Of a stretch of 60,557 nucleotides of DNA, positions 9,870 through 18,955 are shown piece by piece. Location of the stretch: positions 1 to 60,557 of the forward strand of contig CBFDDM010000002.1 in the NCBI GenBank assembly GCA_965603565.1, written 5' to 3'. Source of the stretch: an uncultured Anaerolineales bacterium. Lineage in GTDB: Bacteria > Chloroflexota > Anaerolineae > Anaerolineales > E44-bin32. Made by a program: the position numbers and the translations under genes. The first letter of the stretch is position 1. Every line of letters begins with the position of its first letter. The notes under the pieces are model-generated. The model saw only the letters and a list, made by a program, of their open reading frames with translations. It was not told the origin of the DNA and did no database searches.

Positions 9870-10813
9870 AAATCGCGGCCTTAGCCGGAGGTGTAGGAGG
9901 GGCGAAGCTGGCTCATGGATTAGATAAGGTGCTGCCGGCTGGCTCACTTACGGTGATCGTGAACACCGCCGATGACTTTGACCATCTCGGGCTGAGAATC
10001 TCGCCCGATGTGGACACCGTGACCTACACGCTCGCCGACCTGGCCGATGCGCAGAGAGGTTGGGGCCGTGCCGATGAGACCTGGAACTGTCTCGATACAC
10101 TCGAGCGGTTGGGAGGGCCCACGTGGTTTCGCCTGGGTGATCGTGATCTGGGTCTTCACCTCGAACGTACGCGCAGGATGAAAGAGGGCGAACCGCTTTC
10201 ATCGATCACTCGGGAGATCTGCGCATCATTTGGCATTCAATCCGAGATCCTGCCGATGAGCGACGATCGCGTTGCTACGAGAGTGCAGACGGAAGAAGCC
10301 GAGCTTGCTTTCCAGACTTACTTCGTAGCGCTGCGCTGCGAACCCGAGGTGCGCGGTTTCCGGTTTGAAGGGATCGAGGAGGCGAAGCCAGCGCCAGGTG
10401 TGCTGGAAGCGATCGGCGAGGCGGATTTTATTGTGTTCTGCCCTTCGAATCCCTGGGTCAGCATAGACCCTATCCTTGGAGTGGCCGGCATCGCGGATGC
10501 AGTTAAGCAGAAAACGGTTGTAGGGATCTCGCCAATCATCGGCGGACGTGCGCTTAAAGGGCCCGCGGCCAGGATGTACCGACAGCTTGGATTTGAAGCC
10601 TCCGCTGCTAGCGCTGCAAAACATTACCAAGCCTATCTTGATGGTTTTGTGCTGGACCAGGCAGATCTTGAATTAGAATCGGTGGTGCAGGAATTAGGAA
10701 TGCGCGTACGCGTAGCGCAAACCGTTATGCAGAGCATTGAAGACCGAAAGACCTTAGCAGAAATAACAATAGAGTTCGCATTGCAGACCTTAGAAAGGAT
10801 GCGATCCACATGA
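9866..10813 (+). CDS. cofD: 2-phospho-L-lactate (or EPPG) transferase CofD/FbiA
   Basis: MKIAALAGGVGGAKLAHGL and VIVNTADDFDHLGLRISPDVDTVTYTLA motifs. ATG 9866 overlaps the upstream stop (ATGA). The track ORF starts earlier at 9773. Confidence 0.88.
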   Translation: MKIAALAGGVGGAKLAHGLDKVLPAGSLTVIVNTADDFDHLGLRISPDVDTVTYTLADLADAQRGWGRADETWNCLDTLERLGGPTWFRLGDRDLGLHLERTRRMKEGEPLSSITREICASFGIQSEILPMSDDRVATRVQTEEAELAFQTYFVALRCEPEVRGFRFEGIEEAKPAPGVLEAIGEADFIVFCPSNPWVSIDPILGVAGIADAVKQKTVVGISPIIGGRALKGPAARMYRQLGFEASAASAAKHYQAYLDGFVLDQADLELESVVQELGMRVRVAQTVMQSIEDRKTLAEITIEFALQTLERMRST

Positions 10814-11439
10814 CATACTGGGCGATCGTCCCCATCAAGCCACTGAGGCGGTCAAAATCGCGACTGTCCGGGGTGCTGACGGGTGAGGAACGTGCCGAGT
10901 TGAGCCGCAAGATGCTTGTACACACACTGAATACGCTCAGCGGTGTACAGGAGATCGAGCATACCCTCGTAGTGAGCAGGGACACGCAGGCATTATCCAT
11001 CGCGCGCCAGCATGGCGCTCGTACGGTTGCGGAGCGGGGATCGCCGAAGCTCAATCAAGCGCTTGTGAGGGCGACAATTGTCGCCCAGGGCTACGGCGTT
11101 TCTGGCGTTCTTGTGCTGCCAGCCGATCTGCCATTGATCAGTGTTGAAGATATCCAGATGTTGATCGATAAAGCCAAGAATCCACCGGTTGTTGTAATTG
11201 CTCCGGATCGCCACGGCAGCGGGACAAACGCATTGTTGGCATCGCCGCCCGGATTGATCGATTACGATTTTGGTCCGGACAGTTTTGAGCATCACATCAA
11301 GCGCGCAGAGGAGGCAGGTGCGCGTGTTGAGATTTGCGAGATTTCCTCGTTGGGTCTCGATCTGGACCTGCCTGAGGATCTCGAAGTTCTGCAAGATGGA
11401 TTAGAAACCAATTTAACCGTGCAGGAAGGTGAAGGATGA
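10810..11439 (+). CDS. cofC: 2-phospho-L-lactate / PEP guanylyltransferase CofC/FbiD
   Basis: 209 aa with [15 protein letters not shown]-terminus typical of CofC. 4-nt overlaps with both neighbours. Confidence 0.82.
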   Translation: MTYWAIVPIKPLRRSKSRLSGVLTGEERAELSRKMLVHTLNTLSGVQEIEHTLVVSRDTQALSIARQHGARTVAERGSPKLNQALVRATIVAQGYGVSGVLVLPADLPLISVEDIQMLIDKAKNPPVVVIAPDRHGSGTNALLASPPGLIDYDFGPDSFEHHIKRAEEAGARVEICEISSLGLDLDLPEDLEVLQDGLETNLTVQEGEG

Positions 11440-12440
11440 GTCTCAAACGAGTGGCGTTATATCTTCAGGATGCGCATGATCTCAGGGATGGGCTGGACTA
11501 TGTCCGCTATGCCGAGGAGAAAGGCTTTGAGGCTGTGTGGCAGGCAGAATCCAGGCTGGTCCGCGACGCGATTGTGCCTATGGCTGCCTACGCAGCCGTG
11601 ACTGAACGAATTAAAGTTGGCTCGGGCGTGATCAACAACTGGACGCGCAACATTGGTCTCCTGGCGGCAACTTTTCTCACATTAGACGATCTCGCGCCTG
11701 ACCGGATCATCTGTGGGATCGGCGCCTGGTGGGATCCGCTTGCCAAGAATGTGGGCATCGATCGGCGCAAGCCGCTGACCGCCATGCGCGAAACCGTGGA
11801 AGTTCTCCGGCGGTTGCTGAATATGGAGCAGGTAACTTTCCACGGCGAATTCCACCATGTCGAGGGAGTTGAGCTCGATGTTGTGCACGGACGCAAAGAA
11901 CCGCGCAATGTGCCTATCTACATCGGTGCCACCGGACCGAAGATGATGGAACTGACAGGCGAGATCGCCGACGGTGTCGTGTTGAATTACTGTGTGCCGC
12001 CGAGCTATAACGAGATGGCAATGGAGCGACTGGAAATCGGCGCCAGGAGTGCTGGGCGAAGCCTCGATGATATCGATCGCCCACAGTTGGTGGTGTGCTC
12101 GGTCGATGAGGACGAAGAGCAGGCGCTGGACACCAGCCGCGAACTGCTCACCCAGTACCTTGCCCAGCAGCCGCATATCGCTAAGGCCAGTGAGGTTGAC
12201 CAGAGCATTGTCGATGAGATTCAGTCAATCCTTGGTTGGCCGGCCACGCATGAGCAGATTCAGGAAGCCAAGCACCTTGTGCCGGACGAATTAGTCAAAC
12301 GCATCACCGCTTCTGGCACCCCGGATCAGGCGCGTGCGAAGGTGCAGGAGTATATCGATAACGGTGCTACCGCTCCAATTCTTTACCCTGTTGGCGGAGA
12401 CGTGAAACTGCTCGTGGACACCTTCAGCCCGCAGAACTAA
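11436..12440 (+). CDS. LLM-class (luciferase-like) F420-dependent oxidoreductase
   Basis: 334 aa TIM-barrel LLM signature ([12 protein letters not shown]..., [19 protein letters not shown]). Translationally coupled to cofC. Confidence 0.75.
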   Translation: MSLKRVALYLQDAHDLRDGLDYVRYAEEKGFEAVWQAESRLVRDAIVPMAAYAAVTERIKVGSGVINNWTRNIGLLAATFLTLDDLAPDRIICGIGAWWDPLAKNVGIDRRKPLTAMRETVEVLRRLLNMEQVTFHGEFHHVEGVELDVVHGRKEPRNVPIYIGATGPKMMELTGEIADGVVLNYCVPPSYNEMAMERLEIGARSAGRSLDDIDRPQLVVCSVDEDEEQALDTSRELLTQYLAQQPHIAKASEVDQSIVDEIQSILGWPATHEQIQEAKHLVPDELVKRITASGTPDQARAKVQEYIDNGATAPILYPVGGDVKLLVDTFSPQN

Positions 12441-12486
12441 TTGCGAGCGGCACGGGGCACAACATAGCATTCAAGGAGTCTGGCCT

Positions 12487-13014
12487 GTGAAAGATGAAGC
12501 CACAGATCGCCCCGATGGTTCAGGTATTGTGAAGCAGCCTAATTCCAGGCACTGCTTCGTTTGCGGTGTTGAGAATCGAACAGGCTTGGGGTTGGAATTT
12601 TTTGAAAATGGTGATGGCCGCGTGGTCGCTGAGCCGTGCCTGCCCGAGGCGTATCAGGGCTACCCTGGCATCGTACATGGCGGAATCGTGGCTTCGATGC
12701 TCGATGAAATAGCCGGACGGGCGGCAATGATAGGCGATCACACCCATTTCCGTCTGACGGCAAAATTAAACATCCGCTATCGACGGCCAGTACCCGTTGG
12801 AGAGACGATCCGCCTTATTGGCTGGATTGTTGATGATCGAGGCAGGCTGGCGACAGCACGCGCCGAGATCCGGCTTGCCGATGGCGCCCTGGCGGCTGAG
12901 GCCGAAGCGATCCTGGCGGATCTCCCGGACGCGCCTGAGAGGGAAGAAGTTCTGGCCGAGCTGGGTTGGAAGGTCTATCCCGACGCCAGCTCTGAACGAG
13001 GAAGTGAAACATGA
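12487..13014 (+). CDS. PaaI/4HBT hot-dog fold thioesterase
   Basis: 175 aa with CFVCGVEN and GIVHGGIVASMLDE motifs. GTG start has AAGGAG 8 nt upstream. The stop overlaps the next gene (ATGA). Confidence 0.75.
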   Translation: MKDEATDRPDGSGIVKQPNSRHCFVCGVENRTGLGLEFFENGDGRVVAEPCLPEAYQGYPGIVHGGIVASMLDEIAGRAAMIGDHTHFRLTAKLNIRYRRPVPVGETIRLIGWIVDDRGRLATARAEIRLADGALAAEAEAILADLPDAPEREEVLAELGWKVYPDASSERGSET

Positions 13015-13760
13015 AATACTACCGACCGGAGACGATCGAAGAAGCGATCAAGCTGCTCTCAGACGGCGTACCCCTGGCAGGTGGTACCAGCCTGGCCCCC
13101 AGGCGACGGTCGCTGGAGGCCGTGATCGACCTTGACCGGCTGGGGATGGATCAAATCAGCGTCGAAGATAACCGCGTTCAAATTGGAGCAGCAGCAAAGC
13201 TGCAGGATTTGGTCGATCTCAGAACCGATTTACCTGCTGATCTCGTAAAAGCCTGCCGACTGGAAGCGGCCTGGAACCTACGGAATATGGCAACCTTCGG
13301 CGGGACGATTGTGTCCGCTGAGGCGCGTTCGCCGCTGTTGGTTGTGCTGTTGGCGCTTGGCACGCAAGTTTCGGTGCACGCTGAGGTTTCAACTATTTCG
13401 CTGAATGAAATATTGGATCGGCGTGGAGAGATTGACAAACCGTTTCTTGTCGAGCAGATTTCGTTTGACCTGCCCGAGGCGCTCAGCTATGAGTTTGTCG
13501 CCCGGGCACCGACCGATCGACCTCTGGTCAGCGCTGCTGCAGCGTTCTTCCCGGAGGGTAAATTGCCATTCGTGGCCATAGGCGGTTTCGGCGAACGTCC
13601 GCTGCTGCTGCAGCCCGGGATGGGCACTACTTCAGCAGAATGGAAGCAGCTGGCCGCTGAAAAGTATGCTGGGGCAGGCGATGCCTTCGCGAGTGCTGAG
13701 TACCGGTCGGAAATTGTTGCGACCCTGGTTGCGCGTGTTGTGGAAGAGGTGCAAAGCTGA
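13011..13760 (+). CDS. Mo-hydroxylase FAD-binding subunit (short CoxM-like, set 2)
   Basis: 249 aa with PLAGGTSL and FGGTIV motifs. Overlaps both neighbours. Confidence 0.75.
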   Translation: MKYYRPETIEEAIKLLSDGVPLAGGTSLAPRRRSLEAVIDLDRLGMDQISVEDNRVQIGAAAKLQDLVDLRTDLPADLVKACRLEAAWNLRNMATFGGTIVSAEARSPLLVVLLALGTQVSVHAEVSTISLNEILDRRGEIDKPFLVEQISFDLPEALSYEFVARAPTDRPLVSAAAAFFPEGKLPFVAIGGFGERPLLLQPGMGTTSAEWKQLAAEKYAGAGDAFASAEYRSEIVATLVARVVEEVQS

Positions 13761-16753
13761 TGCACATCCGTTTTGAATTGAACGTAGAACCTGTTGAGAT
13801 TGATGTCGCTGAAGATGCGCTTTTGCTCGATGTACTGCGTGAGGAATTCGGTCTCTTCGGCGTAAAGCATGGCTGTGAGACGGGTGAGTGCGGCGCGTGC
13901 ACGGTGCTGCTCGATGGCAAGCCGGTGAACAGCTGCGTGATGCTGGCTGCACAAGTCGAGGGTCATGCGATCACGACGATCGAATCTGTAGGGGAGTACC
14001 CGGATCAGGGCTGGCGTAAAGGTGTCGGCCTGGACGCAGTCCAGCAGGCGTTTGTCGAGACCGGCGCGATCCAGTGTGGGTTCTGTACGCCTGCGATGAT
14101 ATTGGCGGCACGCTCGCTTTTGGCCAGCAACGCGAATCCCACAGAAGCAGACGTGCGTGAAGCATTATCTGGTGTGTTGTGCCGCTGCACTGGCTACGTT
14201 AAGCCGGTCCAGGCGATCCTGCGCGCCGCAGCGGTGCTCAGAGGGGATCAAGTCGAGCCGATTGAGGGACCGATTCCCGCGCCGCAGGACCTGATCACAC
14301 CGCCACCGGAGGTTGAAGAGACTCAGACCTGGGATACGGGCGATGTGCAGGTTTCGACAGAGACATCCGTAATGCCCCGCATCCAGATTGCCCAGCATCC
14401 GGAACCTCTCCATACGGTCGGTCACCCTGAGCCGAAAGTGGATGCGATCAAGCTCGCCCAAGGAAAGCCTGCGTTCACCGCTGACATCGAGATGCGCGGC
14501 ATGCTCGTCGCTAAAGTGTTGCACAGCCCGGTGGCGCATGCCCGTATCAAACACATCGACGCATCCAAAGCAAGGGCGCTGGAGGGCGTCGCAGCGGTAC
14601 TTACGTGGAAGGATGTGCCCCGTGTGGCTTACTCGACCGCCGGTCAGTCGCATCCGATCCCTGGGCCGCTGGACAGTTTTTCGCTGGATAATAAAGTCCG
14701 ATTTGTCGGTGACCGGGTGGCGTTCGTCGCTGCTGAGAATGAAGCCATCGCCGAGAAGGCGCTCGAGTTGATCGAGGTTGAATATGAACGGTTGCCGGTG
14801 ATCATCGATCCGGAAAAGGCACTGGAAGATGACGCCGTCCAGATCCACGACGAGCCGGAATATGTGAATTTCGATCATTCCGATCCCGAGCGCAACCTGG
14901 CGGCTCAGATCCGCATCGATATCGGCGATGTCGAGAATGGATTCGACGATGCCGATCGTATTTTTGAGGGGACTTATGAGGTCCCCAAGGTGCAGCAGGC
15001 GCACATCGAACCGCACGTGACGGTTACATACTGGGATGAAGATGATCGCCTGGTTATCCGCACCAGCACGCAGGTGCCGTTCCATGTCCGCCGTCAGCTT
15101 TCGCCGGTGCTCGGTTTGCCGGCGAAGCGCATTCGAGTGATCAAGCCGCGCATCGGCGGCGGGTTCGGCGGCAAGCAGGAAGTGCTCATCGAGGATGTCG
15201 CCGCGCACCTTACCATCGCTACCGGGCGGCCCGTGCGTTTTGAGTACACACGCGCCGAGGAGTTCTTTGCATCAAGATCCAGGCATCCGATGCGGATCAA
15301 GATGAAGACCGGCGTCAAGAGAGACGGCACGATCACGGCCAATGAGATGTACGCGTTGAGCGACACTGGCGCCTATGGATGTCACGCGCTGACCGTCACG
15401 GGCAACACCGGGCACAAAGCGATGGCGCTGTACGTCGGTGATGACAAGTATCGCGAGAGCCCAAACATCCGTTTTTACGCGGATATCGTCTACACAAACA
15501 CGCCGCCATCCGGGGCGTACCGCGGCTACGGCGTGCCGCAGGGCTACTGGGCGGTCGAGCGCCACATGGAGCGCATCGTGCGTGAAATGGAATTGGACCC
15601 GCTTGAATTTCGGCTGAAGAACACGCTCAGGGCAGGCGAGATCCACCCCTTCAGCACAGCATGGTCAGAGGGACGTGAACCCAGGCCGGAGACGATCAAC
15701 ACCTGTGGCCTGGAAGACTGCACCAAACAAGGCGCATTAGCGATCGATTGGACAGCCAAATATGGTAAGCAGGAGTGGAATCGGGTTGAGGGCAAGCCGT
15801 ATCTGCGCAAAGGCATAGGCGTTGCGCTGGTGATGCAGGGCACCGCCATCCCTTACCTGGACATGGGCGGGGCGAGCATAAAAATCAATGACGACGGATC
15901 GTTTAACCTTCTGATCGGTGCCACTGATCTGGGGACAGGCTCAGACACCGTGCTTGCTCAGCAGGCGGCCGAGGTGCTTGGTGTCTCCATTGATGACATC
16001 ATTGTTTATTCCTCGGATACAGATTTCACCCCGTTTGATAAAGGCGCTTACGCCTCCAGCACGACTTATATCTCAGGTGCTGCCGTCGTGCGCGCTGCCG
16101 AACAGGTCGCCGAACGCATCCGCTTGCGCGCGGCGAAGATGCTCTCGGAGGAAGGCGAGAACGTTCGACCCGACAACATCCGCCTGGCAGAGAAGCAGGC
16201 CTGGGCGCCCGATGGGCGCTCGGTTTCGCTTGCTGAGGTGGCACTACACTCGCTGCATGAAGAGGATCAGGAGCAGATCATGGCGGTTGGTTCATATATG
16301 TCGCCGGTCTCTCCCCCGCCTTTTGCGGCGCAGTTCGCCGAAGTCACCGTAGATGTTGAGACCGGGCAGGTCGTCGTTGACAAACTGGTCATGGCGGTCG
16401 ATTCTGGTGTGATCGTAAACCCGCTCACGGCTTCCGGCCAGGTCGAGGGCGGCATGACTCAGGCGCTGGGTTATGCGGTCTGCGAAGAGATGCTGTACGA
16501 TGACGAAGGTCGTGCAAGAGAGGTAGACTTTACAGATTATCATATCTTTGCCGCGCACGAGATGCCTGAACTGCAGACGATCTTCGTCGAGACGGTCGAA
16601 CCCTCGCACCCTTTCGGCGTCAAGGCGGTCGCTGAAATCCCGATGGATGGGGTCGCTCCGGCAGTGGCGAACGCAGTGATGGATGCCTGTGGCGCGGATG
16701 TGCTGACCGCGCCGGTCACACCCGAACGGGTCTGGAAAGCACTGGGCGGCTGA
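13760..16753 (+). CDS. Fused [2Fe-2S] + molybdopterin-binding subunit, xanthine dehydrogenase family (set 2)
   Basis: FeS motifs CETGECGACTV, QCGFCTPA and CRCTGY are followed by Mo domains with RIGGGFGGKQE. 997 aa. Confidence 0.88.
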   Translation: MHIRFELNVEPVEIDVAEDALLLDVLREEFGLFGVKHGCETGECGACTVLLDGKPVNSCVMLAAQVEGHAITTIESVGEYPDQGWRKGVGLDAVQQAFVETGAIQCGFCTPAMILAARSLLASNANPTEADVREALSGVLCRCTGYVKPVQAILRAAAVLRGDQVEPIEGPIPAPQDLITPPPEVEETQTWDTGDVQVSTETSVMPRIQIAQHPEPLHTVGHPEPKVDAIKLAQGKPAFTADIEMRGMLVAKVLHSPVAHARIKHIDASKARALEGVAAVLTWKDVPRVAYSTAGQSHPIPGPLDSFSLDNKVRFVGDRVAFVAAENEAIAEKALELIEVEYERLPVIIDPEKALEDDAVQIHDEPEYVNFDHSDPERNLAAQIRIDIGDVENGFDDADRIFEGTYEVPKVQQAHIEPHVTVTYWDEDDRLVIRTSTQVPFHVRRQLSPVLGLPAKRIRVIKPRIGGGFGGKQEVLIEDVAAHLTIATGRPVRFEYTRAEEFFASRSRHPMRIKMKTGVKRDGTITANEMYALSDTGAYGCHALTVTGNTGHKAMALYVGDDKYRESPNIRFYADIVYTNTPPSGAYRGYGVPQGYWAVERHMERIVREMELDPLEFRLKNTLRAGEIHPFSTAWSEGREPRPETINTCGLEDCTKQGALAIDWTAKYGKQEWNRVEGKPYLRKGIGVALVMQGTAIPYLDMGGASIKINDDGSFNLLIGATDLGTGSDTVLAQQAAEVLGVSIDDIIVYSSDTDFTPFDKGAYASSTTYISGAAVVRAAEQVAERIRLRAAKMLSEEGENVRPDNIRLAEKQAWAPDGRSVSLAEVALHSLHEEDQEQIMAVGSYMSPVSPPPFAAQFAEVTVDVETGQVVVDKLVMAVDSGVIVNPLTASGQVEGGMTQALGYAVCEEMLYDDEGRAREVDFTDYHIFAAHEMPELQTIFVETVEPSHPFGVKAVAEIPMDGVAPAVANAVMDACGADVLTAPVTPERVWKALGG

Positions 16754-16784
16754 GCGTACCAGTTTGAGCGAACAGCGAGTATCG

Positions 16785-18131
16785 ATGGCGAATATTTACG
16801 TTGTAGGACATGTCAACCCAGATACGGACGCCATCGCTTCGGCGATGGGCTATGCCTGGTATCGGGACCAGGATTCGGATGAGGAGGTTATCGCGGCGCG
16901 TGGTGGAGCGATTAATGCCCAGACGGCCTGGGTGCTCAACCGCCTGAATCTCGGCGCTCCCGAGCTGCTGACCGATGCCTCCCCGCGGTTCGAATCGGTG
17001 ACGCTGCGATTTGACACGGTTACACCAGACCGGCCGCTGCGGGATGCCTGGGCGATTGCCAACCGCACCGGAACGGTTGCTCCAATCGTTGAAGCGGACA
17101 GAAAGCCGTACGGTCTCGTCACCGGGTTCAGCCTGTTCCGGTCTTTGAGCGATCTGGTCGGAGCGCATCCTGACCGGCAGGATATGAATCTGACCGATTT
17201 GTTCGACCTGCCCAGCAGCGAAGCGGCGGATACGAATGTCCCCAAGTTTCTGCTGGGCTCACGCATCCGCGATTCGCTACAACGGGTGCTGCGGGGCGAG
17301 CGTAATGAATTCTTCGTCGTCGACGAAAAAGATCGTTATGTAGGCGTTTGCCGGCAGCGTGATCTGCTCAATCCTCCACGCCTTCAGCTTATCCTCGTCG
17401 ATCACAATGAGGTTGGGCAGTCTATTCGCTCGTTGGATGAAGCTGATCTGCTGGAGGTTCTCGACCATCACCGCCTGAGTAATCCGCCGACACGCCTGCC
17501 GATCCGGTTCCGGGTCGACCCGGTTGGCAGCACGAGCACGCTTGTCTCCGAGAAGATTGAAGATGCCGGCATGGGTGCACCGCCGGAGCTGGCGGGTCTA
17601 CTGCTGGCAGGTGTGCTCTCGGATACGCTCCTGCTCAGCTCGCCGACTACCACCGATCGCGATCACCGCGCCGCCAAGCGGCTCGCCCGCTGGGCGTTCG
17701 TGGGTGGTTCACCCCTGGAAGGCGAGACGATCGAGTCCTTCGGCAGAGCGCTGCTGCAGGCTGGCGCAGGATTGGCGACGCGCGAACCGATGTCTGTGAT
17801 CACGAGCGACCTGAAAATTTACGACTCATCCGGGATGCATTTCGGCATATCGCAGGTGGAAGTGACGGATCTGGTTGAAGTCGAGGAGCATCTGGCCCCG
17901 TTAAGGGAGGCGCTGAAAGGGCTGATCGACCAGCGCGGTCTAGATTTCGCCATGCTGATGATCACCGACATCGTGGAAGGATCCAGCCGCATACTGATGC
18001 AATCGGCGCCGCCCGTTTTAGCCGAACTGCCTTACAAACGCTCGGAAGACGATGTGCTCGACGCCAGCGGAGTGGTTTCGAGGAAGAAACAGTTGCTGCC
18101 AGTCGTACTGGCGATGCTTGAGGAGCGTTAA
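16785..18131 (+). CDS. DHH-family (family II) inorganic pyrophosphatase with inserted CBS domains
   Basis: NIYVVGHVNPDTDAIASAMGYA DHH motif, central CBS-like insert, DHH/DHHA2 motifs LILVDHNE and VLDHHR. ATG 16785 is preferred over track start TTG 16764. Confidence 0.75.
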   Translation: MANIYVVGHVNPDTDAIASAMGYAWYRDQDSDEEVIAARGGAINAQTAWVLNRLNLGAPELLTDASPRFESVTLRFDTVTPDRPLRDAWAIANRTGTVAPIVEADRKPYGLVTGFSLFRSLSDLVGAHPDRQDMNLTDLFDLPSSEAADTNVPKFLLGSRIRDSLQRVLRGERNEFFVVDEKDRYVGVCRQRDLLNPPRLQLILVDHNEVGQSIRSLDEADLLEVLDHHRLSNPPTRLPIRFRVDPVGSTSTLVSEKIEDAGMGAPPELAGLLLAGVLSDTLLLSSPTTTDRDHRAAKRLARWAFVGGSPLEGETIESFGRALLQAGAGLATREPMSVITSDLKIYDSSGMHFGISQVEVTDLVEVEEHLAPLREALKGLIDQRGLDFAMLMITDIVEGSSRILMQSAPPVLAELPYKRSEDDVLDASGVVSRKKQLLPVVLAMLEER

Positions 18132-18934
18132 TGAGTCTGTACCGCCGCATCTCCGAGCTCGAGGGTCGTGGGGAGCAGGCTGCGCTTGCAACCGTGATCC
18201 GCACACAGGGGTCGGTACCGCGCCACGCCGGGAGCAAGATGATCGTCTACGCCAACGGTACGGCAGAAGGAACGATCGGCGGCGGCGAGATGGAAAGCCG
18301 GGTGATTCAGGTGGGGATCGAGGCGATCGAAGAAGGCAGCACGAAATTGCTGCATTACGATTTCCGCGATCCCTCCGAAGGCGATGTGGGCGTGTGCGGT
18401 GGTGAGATGGAGGTTTTCGTGGAACCGATAAAGATTCCACCTAAATTGGTTGTCGTCGGCGCCGGCCATGTTGGACAGTCACTCGTTCACCTCGGTCACT
18501 GGCTTGGCTATCACGTCGTCGCCTGTGATGACCGTGAGGAATTCGCCTCAAAGACCTATATCCCGGAGGCGGATGAAGTCATACACTGTGAACTCAAGCA
18601 GTTGAGTGAGCACATCGAGGTCCACGCTAATACATTTATCGTTTTCACGACGCGCGGGGTCGATATCGATGTTGAGGCATTACCGGCGTTGCTGAAATCG
18701 CCGGCTGCTTATATCGGGGTGATCGGTTCCCGACGTAGGTGGGAGACGACCGCGAACGCGCTCAGGGAGTCAGGCGTGGCCGAAGAGTCCATCCGCAATG
18801 TCACCTCACCAATGGGCCTGGAGATCAACGCTGAGACCCCGGAGGAGATTGCGGTGAGCATATTCGCTGAAATTATCAAGGTGCAGAAGGGCGGGACGGG
18901 TCGTTCGATGGGCCACGACCCTAAGATGGAATAA
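18131..18934 (+). CDS. xdhC: XdhC/CoxI-family Mo-cofactor insertion chaperone
   Basis: ALATVIRTQGSVPRHAGSKMIV...GTIGGGEME N-domain plus Rossmann-type VVVGAGHVGQ C-domain. Confidence 0.85.
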   Translation: MSLYRRISELEGRGEQAALATVIRTQGSVPRHAGSKMIVYANGTAEGTIGGGEMESRVIQVGIEAIEEGSTKLLHYDFRDPSEGDVGVCGGEMEVFVEPIKIPPKLVVVGAGHVGQSLVHLGHWLGYHVVACDDREEFASKTYIPEADEVIHCELKQLSEHIEVHANTFIVFTTRGVDIDVEALPALLKSPAAYIGVIGSRRRWETTANALRESGVAEESIRNVTSPMGLEINAETPEEIAVSIFAEIIKVQKGGTGRSMGHDPKME

Positions 18935-18955
18935 GGGTTCAAGAGGGAGCCGTAC

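Noticed and set aside
14165-15208. 347-aa minus-strand ORF inside hydroxylase set 2
   Set aside because: This and similar long antisense ORFs lie opposite genes with strong family motifs. The others are 22596-23501, 19475-20287, 24754-25521, 25997-26731, 46113-46979, 59115-59720, 33890-34486 and 38651-39100. None has motifs of its own and their composition is antisense-like.
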